A program made the translations under genes and the position numbers. From assembly GCA_963766075.1 (NCBI GenBank), contig CAVYAN010000087.1, positions 1 to 31,387 of the forward strand: a stretch of 31,387 bases of DNA, read 5' to 3'. This DNA comes from an uncultured cyanobacterium (lineage in GTDB: Bacteria > Cyanobacteriota > Cyanobacteriia > Leptolyngbyales > Leptolyngbyaceae). Each line of letters starts with the position of its first letter. Positions within the stretch are counted from its first letter, which is position 1. Shown in pieces: positions 1 to 8,295 of this stretch. The notes under the pieces were generated by a model. The model was not told the DNA's origin. It worked only from the letters and a program-made list of their open reading frames with translations, and did no database searches.

Positions 1-11
1 TTTTTCTCACC

Positions 12-236
12 TTACTCGTTCAGTTCAACTGCTATTTCGCCATAGTCGGGAATCCAAGCCACCCATTGCGCCTCCTCCGCACCGGGGCACAACAGCCAAG
101 CCTCATCGAAGCTAAACGCCGTGGGTGGATTGTGCAATTTCACCCATGTATGAGGAGTCGGTCCAGACGTCGGGAAAGGCGGACGCTCGGTAATCGGCAA
201 ATGGGCAAAGGCCGAGGATGTTGCTGTAGGGTTCAT
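12..236 (-). CDS. Small conserved cyanobacterial hypothetical protein (74 aa)
   Basis: ATG at 236 within ORF 12..407. The motif WVKL..P..FSFDEAWLLC...WVAWIPDYGE resembles a small cyanobacterial family as I recall it. The upstream in-frame extension looks non-coding and overlaps an NtcA-like box. Confidence 0.65.
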   Translation of the reverse strand: MNPTATSSAFAHLPITERPPFPTSGPTPHTWVKLHNPPTAFSFDEAWLLCPGAEEAQWVAWIPDYGEIAVELNE

Positions 237-349
237 AACGAAACCTCTAAGAAGGTGGAGGAGTGGAATTGGAGGAGCGATCAAACAGGCCGTCGTGGTG
301 CCAATCAACCCGAGGGGCACCCGCAAAACCACCCTATCACGGTGATTTC

Positions 350-365
350 TGTAGTTTATGCTACA
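350..365. promoter_or_regulatory. NtcA-type binding site TGTA-N8-TACA
   Basis: TGTAGTTTATGCTACA matches the GTA-N8-TAC consensus exactly, with extra palindromic flanks. It lies in the divergent spacer between the 74-aa gene and bcp. Confidence 0.65.
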
Positions 366-814
366 AAATTTCAGCCCAATCCGGGGAAGTTCTCTCCAAA
401 AGTTCACAAGTCTTGAAACTTTGACATCTCTACAGCCCTACCTTGGGAAAAGCCGTGGGACCCAAGCATCAGTCCTAGGGCCACGCGGGATATCGGGGAT
501 ACCCCCGTCCGGGGCAATCGCGATTACAATTTGAGATGGCATTGGGTCACCTCCTGAATCCAGCCCAGCGGTGCAGCAACCGTCATCCCCAAGACTGTCA
601 TCTCCAAGACTGGTCTCCATCAGTCTCCATTCACTGGCATCCCTCCCCTGGTATCCATCAAGCATTGCACCATTCAGCATTGCAACGGACATCAGTCTTT
701 CGAGAGCCGCTTTTGTTTGAGAGTCGCGTTTGAGAGCCGTGCTGCCCCCTGGTACTAGACCAGATTGAACCCACCGCCATCAATCTGTTAAATGTAAAAA
801 GGAAATCTGAAGCT

Positions 815-1252
815 ATGCCTCTAGCCGTTGGTGATACTGCTCCAAATTTCACTGTGAAAGATACCAATGGAAATTTGATCACCCTGTCTGCCTACGTGGG
901 CAAGCCCGTGGTTATTTATTTCTACCCCAAGGACGATACGCCCGGTTGTACCAAGGAAGCCTGCAGCTTTCGGGACAACTACGAAAAATACCTCAGCCAA
1001 GGCATCACCGTCTTCGGCGTCAGCATGGATGATGAGTCCTCACACCATGCGTTTACCACAAAGTTCAATTTGCCCTTTCCGCTCCTAGCGGACACCGCCG
1101 GGGAAATTACCAAAGCCTATGACGCAGACGGCGGTGGCTATGCGAAACGGGTGACCTATGTCATCGGAGCCGATGGCAAAATCAGTCACGTCTACACCTC
1201 TGTGAAAACAGATACCCACGCGACCGATATTCTGGCCGAGCTTGGGGTGTAA
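815..1252 (+). CDS. bcp: Peroxiredoxin Q / BCP (atypical 2-Cys)
   Basis: YFYPKDDTPGCTKEACSFRD (PxxxTxxC plus resolving Cys, CxxxxC), VFGVSMD, KRVTYVI; 145 aa. Confidence 0.95.
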   Translation: MPLAVGDTAPNFTVKDTNGNLITLSAYVGKPVVIYFYPKDDTPGCTKEACSFRDNYEKYLSQGITVFGVSMDDESSHHAFTTKFNLPFPLLADTAGEITKAYDADGGGYAKRVTYVIGADGKISHVYTSVKTDTHATDILAELGV

Positions 1253-1265
1253 GAAAGCAGTGCCC

Positions 1266-1393
1266 GATTGCTCCCTACCCTGCGGGAAGCGAACTACGAC
1301 TCCGCTCAGGGAGCAATCTTCCGCTGGCTGAGCGGAGTCCGAAGCCAGCGGAGTCGAAGCCAGTGGGTATATTATTTCTTGGAAATCTCCTAA
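1266..1393 (-). mobile_element. Partial MITE copy (one TIR plus REP-like hairpins and a nested mini-insert)
   Basis: GGTATATTATTTCTTGGAAATCTCC (1366-1390) followed by TAA closely matches the reverse complement of the TIR at 6989-7013. The internal GATTGCTCCCT...AGGGAGCAATC and CTGGCTGAGCGGAGTC..AAGCCAG hairpins are shared with 6989-7131. Confidence 0.75.
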
Positions 1394-1418
1394 CGACTCA
1401 GCCTGTACCATCCGTTGC

Positions 1419-1498
1419 ACCCACCCTTAACCCCTCCCAGAAGAGGAATGCTCCAAAATATCCCCTCCTCGGAGGGGTGCCCACAGGGCGGGGTGGGT
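1419..1498. repeat. Palindromic intergenic repeat (ACCCACCC..CCCCTCC / GGAGGGG..GGGTGGGT type)
   Basis: ACCCACCC (1419-1426) is the inverse of GGGTGGGT (1491-1498), with an internal CCCCTCC-tc-GGAGGGG hairpin. It resembles dispersed cyanobacterial repeats. Confidence 0.6.
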
Positions 1499-1566
1499 CA
1501 AACTCGGCAACCACACAGAGGCGATCGCTGAGTAGTTACGAAACCTCCCTAAGTTGAGCGCAGTCA

Positions 1567-1594
1567 CGTGGGTTGAGCGGAGTCGAAACCCACG
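1567..1594. repeat. Solo REP-like hairpin
   Basis: CGTGGGTT-GAGCGGAGTCGA-AACCCACG: an 8-bp stem carrying the same GAGCGGAGTCGA loop as the MITE hairpins. Confidence 0.7.
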
Positions 1595-1646
1595 CACTAG
1601 TCATTTAAATCTCGTCCTTCACCACAATAATCTTGGACATTGAGGC

Positions 1647-2558
1647 ATGAAAGCAGGCTTTTTATCGCGGGGGATACGCTTCTTCAGCAGTGGAATCCTT
1701 CTCACGATCGCCACGAGTCTGATCATGCCTCCCAGCGGGGCCACCCCTGTTGCAGACCAAGCCGCTTTCCCCTCGGCCACCAGGGCCACCCATCGCCTTA
1801 CGCCGATGACACCCCAACAGGTTCCCCAACTGGCCCAGCAGCCCATTGCCAGCAACGCCACCGGAAAATTTCAGGTAGTCTATGCGCCCCTAGAGGATCA
1901 AACCTATGCGGCCCTGCAACAAGTGTTCCAGGATAGCCATGTATTTGAAGCGATCGCCGAAGAGCTCAACAAAACCGTGGCGTTGCCCCATGACTTAACC
2001 ATTGTTCTCGGCACCTGTGGCCAAGAAAACGCCTTTTACAGCCCTGACACCCAGCAAATTGTGATTTGCCATGAGCTGATTGGCCGCTTGGCCCTGCTGT
2101 TTAGCCAGTCCGATAAGTCAGAGCAGGAAATTGGCGAGGCGATCGTCAACACCACCCTGTTTGTCTTTTTTCACGAAATGGGACATGCCCTGATTGATGT
2201 GCTGAACTTGCCCACCACAGGCCGCGAAGAAGATGTAGTCGATGAATTTTCCACCCTGTTGTTGCTGGCCGCCGGAGAAGATGGGGAAAAAGCCGTGATT
2301 AGCGCAGCAGAGTGGTTTCTGATCGAAGGCGCAAAAAATGATGCCATTGAAAAACTGGCCTTTTGGGACGAACACTCCCTAGACTTGCAGCGGTTCTATG
2401 GCACACTCTGTTTGGTCTACGGCAAAAATCCCGACAAATACAGTTCTCTTCTGCAAGAAGGGTTATTGCCTCAATCCAGGGCAGCGGCCTGCGTGCAAGA
2501 CTATGCCAAGAAGGAAAAAAGTTGGGATGCCTTGCTCGCGCCCCATTTGCGGAATTGA
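1647..2558 (+). CDS. DUF4344-family putative zinc metallopeptidase, exported
   Basis: N-terminal hydrophobic signal; CGQENAFY, FFHEMGHAL (HExxH), GREEDVVD and DEHSLDLQR motifs. Confidence 0.85.
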   Translation: MKAGFLSRGIRFFSSGILLTIATSLIMPPSGATPVADQAAFPSATRATHRLTPMTPQQVPQLAQQPIASNATGKFQVVYAPLEDQTYAALQQVFQDSHVFEAIAEELNKTVALPHDLTIVLGTCGQENAFYSPDTQQIVICHELIGRLALLFSQSDKSEQEIGEAIVNTTLFVFFHEMGHALIDVLNLPTTGREEDVVDEFSTLLLLAAGEDGEKAVISAAEWFLIEGAKNDAIEKLAFWDEHSLDLQRFYGTLCLVYGKNPDKYSSLLQEGLLPQSRAAACVQDYAKKEKSWDALLAPHLRN

Positions 2559-2777
2559 TGGGGACAGGGCGGGCAGACGGGCGAGTGGCCATCGGGACAC
2601 CTCGGGACACCGTTTCTCAAGAAATAAAGAATCTAAAACTCAACAAAATTCAACAAAGTCTACAATTCATTCTCCAGATTCTATCTAGCAGATAGACTGT
2701 GTACGGGTGCAATCGCCCCCGACATCCGAGCCTCCCCCAGGAGTCCACTCAGAGGAGCTAATTAGAGGAGCCAATTC

Positions 2778-4406
2778 ATGACCTACTCCCCCGCCCAAGA
2801 TTTATCGACCTCCCCCACGGCTGCCCCTGCCGCCGTCACCTATGCCGGACCCCGTGAAGTGCTGATTAACCAGCCCGTAGCGCTACGCGGCACCTTTGAC
2901 GGGCGGCGGGTCGCCAAGGTCACGGTCGTCGCCGAAGATAAGTACCCGCTAACGGTGGCACTAGATGCCAAAACCAGTACGTGGCAGGTCAAGCTGGATC
3001 GGGGCTTTCAAATGGCCGGGGGCCGTTGGATGCGGCTCAAAGGGCTAGATGCCACGGGCAAAGTGGTGGACAATCGGGTATTTTCGGTGGCGGTCAGTAC
3101 CGACCCCATGACCGTAGGGCAGGATTTGATCCTGAAGATTCTCCGCGATACCCCCTTCAAGGCCCTGCCCGTGGATGGGAGCAAGCTCACCGCGTCGCAA
3201 AAGCTAACGGTCAAGGCCGGACAAACCTTTGTGGTCAATCGCTATGGCTTTGTAGACAATCACCTCAAAGTGGAATTGGCCCAAGACATTGTTCCCTTCG
3301 GGTCCTTCGGGTTCTTTTTTAACGAGCATGTGCAATTGAGCAAAGGCTCTCAAATTCTGCGGTTTGACATTGACGAAGTGCCCACCACCGCTGTCACAGC
3401 CCAAGCCTTAATCACGACTACTACCAGCCTGAAGCTGAAACCCATGGATGCAGAAGACCTAGCTGCCAATCAAAAGGTCGATCTGGTTCAGGGGCAAACT
3501 CTAGCCATTATTGGCTACGCCTGCACCCAGGGGCATTTTCGGGTGACCCTGGCCCAGGCCATTCCCGGATTTGGCGATCGCGGCTTTATCTACCGGGACT
3601 ACGTGCAAATCAAACGTGGCGACAAAGTGATTACCTACGAATCCGATGCCGTCACCGTCACCGCCCTCAAAGCCACCGTGGTCAAAAAGCGCCCCGTTGA
3701 TACCGCCACCCTCCAAGACAAAGAAAAATTCTCTATCCCCGCTGGACGCTTCTACGGCGTAGACAGCTACGGCTTAGAAGGCGGTCACATTCGCGTAGCT
3801 TTAACGGAAGAATTACCCAACTTTGGCAACACGGGCTACCTGTTTCCCGACCATGTGCAAATGCGGCGCGGAGGCAAGGTGTTCAACCCCTTTCCGCCCC
3901 AGGTCGAACTGAGCGTTCCCTACTTCAGTCAGCGGGACAATCCCCGTCAGTCTTGGGCAACCTGCAATGTCACCTCCATCGCCATGGTTTTCTATTACTA
4001 CGGTCTCCGCTCCAAGGATGGTCGCCAGTTAGAAGACGAACTGCTGCAATGGTGTATGAATAAAGCGGGGGCCGGATCCCAAACTAACCACAACGTGTTG
4101 CAGGAACTCATCAAAGCCTACGGTTACCCCAGCAGCTTTGCCACCAAGCGCACATGGGCCGAGGTGAAAGACGAGCTGATTAACCGGCGGCCTGTCGTCT
4201 TGGCCGGAGACTTCACGGCTAGCGGACACATTATTACCCTGATTGGCTACACGGCCCAGGGCTTTATCGTGAATGATCCCTGGGGAGATGCACTGTCAGG
4301 GTACAGAAGTATGGACGGACGCAAGCTGCTGTACCCCTACAACTACATGGACCGCGTGGCTGGTCCCGATGGTAACGTATGGGCGCACTTTATTGGCCGA
4401 AAATAA
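2778..4406 (+). CDS. C39-like cysteine peptidase with three tandem beta-rich repeats
   Basis: C-terminal VPYFSQRDN..TCNVTS (Cys), SGHII (His) and NDPWG (Asp). Three ~75-90 aa repeats end in HVQLSKG / YVQIKRG / HVQMRRG. Duplicated AGAGGAG RBS upstream. Confidence 0.85.
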   Translation: MTYSPAQDLSTSPTAAPAAVTYAGPREVLINQPVALRGTFDGRRVAKVTVVAEDKYPLTVALDAKTSTWQVKLDRGFQMAGGRWMRLKGLDATGKVVDNRVFSVAVSTDPMTVGQDLILKILRDTPFKALPVDGSKLTASQKLTVKAGQTFVVNRYGFVDNHLKVELAQDIVPFGSFGFFFNEHVQLSKGSQILRFDIDEVPTTAVTAQALITTTTSLKLKPMDAEDLAANQKVDLVQGQTLAIIGYACTQGHFRVTLAQAIPGFGDRGFIYRDYVQIKRGDKVITYESDAVTVTALKATVVKKRPVDTATLQDKEKFSIPAGRFYGVDSYGLEGGHIRVALTEELPNFGNTGYLFPDHVQMRRGGKVFNPFPPQVELSVPYFSQRDNPRQSWATCNVTSIAMVFYYYGLRSKDGRQLEDELLQWCMNKAGAGSQTNHNVLQELIKAYGYPSSFATKRTWAEVKDELINRRPVVLAGDFTASGHIITLIGYTAQGFIVNDPWGDALSGYRSMDGRKLLYPYNYMDRVAGPDGNVWAHFIGRK

Positions 4407-4461
4407 TGGACCGAAAAATGGACCGAAAATAATGGACCGAAAATAATAGACCGAAAATAAT
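4394..4461 (+). repeat. Tandem repeat, about 5 x (TGGACCGAAAATAA)
   Basis: Read directly. The first unit is the last codons and stop of the C39 gene. Confidence 0.9.
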
Positions 4462-4514
4462 TGTCTAGCTCCTGATCCCAATTTTCCCCTTCCTTAATCC
4501 CTTACAACTGCCCT

Positions 4515-4769
4515 ATGGCGCGCTTCACCCCCTACAATCTCCAACTCCAAGTCACCCGGATGTTCCAACAGGGTCAGTCCTTCTTTGCCATTACTAAAGT
4601 GCAGGACTGGCTAAAGGAGCGTCAGGAAGATCCCAGCGCCTACGATATTGTGTTTCACCAAAAACCCGCCCCGCCAGGATCGGGTGAAGTCATGGTGGTG
4701 GAAATTGAACTGAAGCGGAAAGATGGACAGCCCGTGGAAGAATGGCTCCAGCAGCAGGTCAATCTTTAA
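4515..4769 (+). CDS. Conserved cyanobacterial hypothetical protein (84 aa)
   Basis: Clean ATG-TAA ORF with protein-like composition that fills the gap between genes. Confidence 0.75.
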   Translation: MARFTPYNLQLQVTRMFQQGQSFFAITKVQDWLKERQEDPSAYDIVFHQKPAPPGSGEVMVVEIELKRKDGQPVEEWLQQQVNL

Positions 4770-4822
4770 AGTTTAGATTTCGGTACTTTTGGCTACAGAT
4801 TTTGGCTGCTGACAGATTTTGG

Positions 4823-6487
4823 CTACTTGCTGAGTGTGTCAAAGGGTTCAGTCCCTAGAGGACTGGGAGTCCAACCAGAAAGCGCCTTCCGTTTGGCCAG
4901 CAGGGGTTGGGAGTGAACAATCGGCAGGCGCAGGACTTGGCGGTGCAAAATCGTATCCACCTCAGCGTAGAGGCGGGCTCGCTGAGGTTGGGCACCGGTG
5001 GCGCGGGCTTGGTTCAGGAGTTGAATGAGGCGCTGGTAATCCCGCTTTTCCTGGGGGGTATTGCCCTGCCAGTTGCCCAGATCGCGGTTGCCATTGGGGC
5101 CATAGTGGGGGTAGAGAAAACTATCCGGGTCGCCGTAGTCGCCCGTCCACCCCAGCATGAAGGCAGGAAATCCGGGGAGCCGATCGCGATCGGCCAGGTA
5201 AGCTGCCCAATCCTTGGTTTTTAGGCTGACCCGAATGCCCACGGCGTTGAGATCGGCGGCAAAGGCTTCGCTGATCGGTTTCGGGGTGGGGAAGTAGGGT
5301 CGAGAAACTGGCATATACCACAGCTCCAGATCAAAGCCATTGGGATAGCCCGCCGCCGTTAGCAATTGTTTCGCCGTGGCGGGATCAAAGGCATAGGGCG
5401 TCAGGTTCGGGGCGTTGGCCCAGGCAAGGGAAGGGGGCAGAAAATGGGCATCGTGGATGCCGAGGCTTCCCCAAAAGCTCTGTACAATTTGGGGGCGGTT
5501 AATGGCATGGGCGATCGCCTGCCGCACGCGCACATCGGCCAAGGGCTTGTAGGTCGGGTTCAACGCTAGAAACCCCAGGTTAAAGGACGGGCGCAGAACC
5601 ACATCCAGATTCGGATCACGGGCCAGTTCGGCCTGCTGATCGGGAGCCAAATCGATCGTGAAATCAATTTGTCCAGCCCGCAGTTGGGCAAGACGGGCGG
5701 CGGGATCCGTGATAAAACGAATCACCAGTTGGTCGGTTTTTGGGAAGCCGGGTTGCCAGTAGGTGGGATTTTTCTTCAGGGTGATGCGATCGCCCGTCCG
5801 CCATTCCTGAAAGATAAAGGGTCCGGTTCCAACGGCGATCGACCCGGCAGTGCCGTAGGCCGCCCCTGCCTTTTGGATCGCGGTGGGGCTGGCAATGCCA
5901 AAGAAGCTTGAACCAATCGCATTAGGAAAGGCGGCAAACGGCTGTTTCAGCACAAATTCTACCGTCGCTGGATTCGGCGTGCGGACGGCTTGCAGCAAGG
6001 AATCGGGACTGCCTTTAAAGCCACCAAAGAGGCGCTGCCAGGGGTCGTAGGTTTTACCCGCACTGCGATAGCCATAGGGATGACGCGGATCCCACCAACG
6101 CTCCACGTTGAACTGGACTGCCGCCGCGTTAAAGGGGGTGCCATCGTGGAATTTCACCCCGGGGCGCAGTTTAAATGTCCAGGTTTTGCCATCCTTGGAC
6201 GCAGACCACGCCGTGGCTAAGGCTGGGGCTAGGGTCGTGGTGCCGGGTTGGTTTTTGGCCAGACGATTATAAATCTGGTCATGGACCACTAGGGAATTGC
6301 CATCGATCGCATTGCCCGCCTCCAGATTCACGGGTTGTCCACTGGCCCCATAGACCAGCGCCCCCGACGTGCCGGGGGCAGTACCGTCCTTCGGAGCCGT
6401 TCCCTCTTGGGTGCATGCACCGAGGGCAAGAGTGATGCCTAGCCCAAGGGCCAGGAGACAACAGCGATGTCTAGTCAAACCGTTCAA
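4823..6487 (-). CDS. Peptide/nickel ABC transporter substrate-binding lipoprotein (DppA/OppA, family 5)
   Basis: Lipobox LGAC; WTFKLRPGVKFHDGTPFNA, VGTGPF, DVRVRQAIAHAINR and GWTGDYGDPD motifs; TTG start. Confidence 0.93.
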   Translation of the reverse strand: MNGLTRHRCCLLALGLGITLALGACTQEGTAPKDGTAPGTSGALVYGASGQPVNLEAGNAIDGNSLVVHDQIYNRLAKNQPGTTTLAPALATAWSASKDGKTWTFKLRPGVKFHDGTPFNAAAVQFNVERWWDPRHPYGYRSAGKTYDPWQRLFGGFKGSPDSLLQAVRTPNPATVEFVLKQPFAAFPNAIGSSFFGIASPTAIQKAGAAYGTAGSIAVGTGPFIFQEWRTGDRITLKKNPTYWQPGFPKTDQLVIRFITDPAARLAQLRAGQIDFTIDLAPDQQAELARDPNLDVVLRPSFNLGFLALNPTYKPLADVRVRQAIAHAINRPQIVQSFWGSLGIHDAHFLPPSLAWANAPNLTPYAFDPATAKQLLTAAGYPNGFDLELWYMPVSRPYFPTPKPISEAFAADLNAVGIRVSLKTKDWAAYLADRDRLPGFPAFMLGWTGDYGDPDSFLYPHYGPNGNRDLGNWQGNTPQEKRDYQRLIQLLNQARATGAQPQRARLYAEVDTILHRQVLRLPIVHSQPLLAKRKALSGWTPSPLGTEPFDTLSK

Positions 6488-6626
6488 GGGCGGTGGCTCC
6501 CAAAGATAGTGTCACCAAAAATAGTGTCAAAAGATGCGCATTCCGCGCATGATCAAAGATGCTGTCAAAAACGGGCCTGTGAAATATTACCCATGAAATA
6601 TCGCCCGTGAGATCTCGGTGCAGGAT

Positions 6627-6920
6627 CTACGCCTCCGAGGTCTGCATTGCCTTTGCCTGTTTCATCATGTCTACTAAAACATGGTGAGCTTCTTTGGCAT
6701 CCTGAAGGGGCTGCTCAAATGGGACCCGCACCGCAGTGGGGTTGCCCTCGATCTGGGCAGTCAGGCTCATGCCGGTGGCATCCACGGCCAACAGCTCGGC
6801 GGCGGTTGCCGTGGTAGCGTGACCAAAGACCTGCGCATAGAGCAACACAGCATCGGCATGGTCTTGATTCATGTGCTTACAAATGCGATCGCTGACTTCC
6901 GCTGAAATTAAATCCGACAC
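6627..6920 (-). CDS. DUF2470 domain protein (HugZ / GluTR-binding-like)
   Basis: RICKHMNQDHADAVLLYA..VDATGM..HHVLVDM pattern; GTG start with GAGGAG upstream. Confidence 0.88.
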   Translation of the reverse strand: MSDLISAEVSDRICKHMNQDHADAVLLYAQVFGHATTATAAELLAVDATGMSLTAQIEGNPTAVRVPFEQPLQDAKEAHHVLVDMMKQAKAMQTSEA

Positions 6921-6988
6921 AGATCTGCTCCTCAGTAGTTCAATCTAGGGTTTAAGACTATCCAGGGTTTAAGACTATCTAGAACTTA

Positions 6989-7131
6989 GGCGATTTCCGA
7001 CAAATAATATACCTGCTGCTGGCTACCCTGCGGGAAGCGAACTACGGCTCCGCTCCGCCAGCGAGAGATTGCTCCCTGAGCGAAGTCGAAGGGAACAATC
7101 TCGGTCGGTATAATTTTTCCTGGAAATCGCC
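6989..7131 (+). mobile_element. Complete 143-bp MITE with 25-bp imperfect TIRs and TTA target-site duplication
   Basis: TTA|GGCGATTTCCGACAAATAATATACC ... GGTATAATTTTTCCTGGAAATCGCC|TTA (20/25 match, first 10 perfect). Excision restores a degenerate third unit of the flanking 17-bp tandem AGGGTTTAAGACTATC. Confidence 0.85.
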
Positions 7132-7353
7132 TTAAGACCATCGCTGAATTCGTCCGGGCTAAAGCGCCTTTGGCTGAATCGCCCAAGACTACTTTACCAG
7201 TCCGGACCAATCCCCCCGGCATTGACCCGCAACATTCCATTCGGCCTTGGCGATCGCGAGTACAATCAAAGCACTTCGTGTCGGGGCGCAGCGCAGGCTG
7301 CACTAGCCCCCCAATCGAACATCCAAAATCCAAAATTGAGCGAGTGCGGTGGG

Positions 7354-8145
7354 ATGAAATTACGTGGGATGAAATTACGGCGGGCAAAATCACACCCGAG
7401 TCCCGGACAATCCAAGCCACCGCTACAGGCGGCAACTCCGGGCCAAGGTGCCGCTGCCGGGGATTGGTTTAAGACCATTCGTCTGATGACCACGGGGGGT
7501 GTTGCCATGCTCATGGTGGTGGCGGGTGTGGGGCTATGGCGTGGCGGCGATCGCTTCTTTACGGTCCTTGGGGCATTATTTCAACCCACGGCCCCACCCA
7601 CCACCCAAGTGGATGTCAAATCGATTGTGATTCAGCAGGTGCGCAATGCCAGCGAATTGACAACCGCTGTATTTACTATGCAAGCTGTGGTGCCCACCAG
7701 CCAAAATGCCACCGTCGGTGGTTTTGTACTGGGTAAAACCAAACTGCTGTACATTGCCCAGGGAGAAGTGAAGGCAGGGGTCGATCTCAGTCAGTTGGAA
7801 GCAGGCAATGTGCAGGTGGATAGCGGGACGATTCGGATCAAACTACCGCCGCCAAAGGTTTTGGATAGCAAAATTGATGTCGCCCAATCAACGGTGTATG
7901 ACTACGATCGCGGCTTTCTGAACCTGGGGCCGGATGCGGCGGCACAGTTGCAAAGCTTGGCCCAGCAGGAAGCCCTGAAACAAATCACCGCTGCCGCCTA
8001 TACCAATGGCTTGATGAATCAAGCCAACGATCGCGCCAAATTAGTGATTACCCAACTGCTGAGTACCGCTGGATTTAAACAGGTAATCGTGGAAACCCAG
8101 ACAGCCCCCGAAAATCCCCCAGCGGCTAAACCTCCCGTCGGCTAA
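7354..8145 (+). CDS. DUF4230 domain membrane-anchored protein
   Basis: One TM segment, then SELTTA, LLYIAQGEVKAGVDLS, IKLPPPKVLDSKID and VYDYDRG motifs. Start uncertain (7354, 7369 or 7487). Confidence 0.85.
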   Translation: MKLRGMKLRRAKSHPSPGQSKPPLQAATPGQGAAAGDWFKTIRLMTTGGVAMLMVVAGVGLWRGGDRFFTVLGALFQPTAPPTTQVDVKSIVIQQVRNASELTTAVFTMQAVVPTSQNATVGGFVLGKTKLLYIAQGEVKAGVDLSQLEAGNVQVDSGTIRIKLPPPKVLDSKIDVAQSTVYDYDRGFLNLGPDAAAQLQSLAQQEALKQITAAAYTNGLMNQANDRAKLVITQLLSTAGFKQVIVETQTAPENPPAAKPPVG

Positions 8146-8283
8146 GGCGATTTCCAGAAAAAATTATGCCAACCGAAATTGCTCCCTGAGCGGAGTCGAA
8201 GGGAGCAAAGTCGAAGGGAGCAAAGTCGAAAGGAGCAAAGTCGAAAGGAGCAAATTCGAAGGGAGTGAAGTCGAAGGGAGCAC
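8146..8283. repeat. MITE end followed by 6 x 15-bp tandem expansion of the REP loop (GAGCAAAGTCGAAGG)
   Basis: TAA|GGCGATTTCCAGAAAAAATTATGCC (TIR, 8146-8170) begins right after the DUF4230 stop codon. Tandem units span 8188-8277. It lies between convergent genes. Confidence 0.85.
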
Positions 8284-8295
8284 TCTTCCGGCACC

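Noticed and set aside
438..800. Short ORFs or an ncRNA upstream of bcp
   Set aside because: The ORFs are built from short tandem duplications with no recognisable motifs, and I recognise no RNA family here.
8188..8283. CRISPR array, or the 61-aa FDFAP-repeat ORF (8126..8311, minus strand)
   Set aside because: Head-to-tail 15-mers with no spacers; the ORF is a by-product of a repeat whose length is a multiple of 3.
6989..8283. Composite transposon carrying DUF4230
   Set aside because: MITE sequences flank the gene, but the right copy lacks an outer TIR and no shared TSD brackets the unit.
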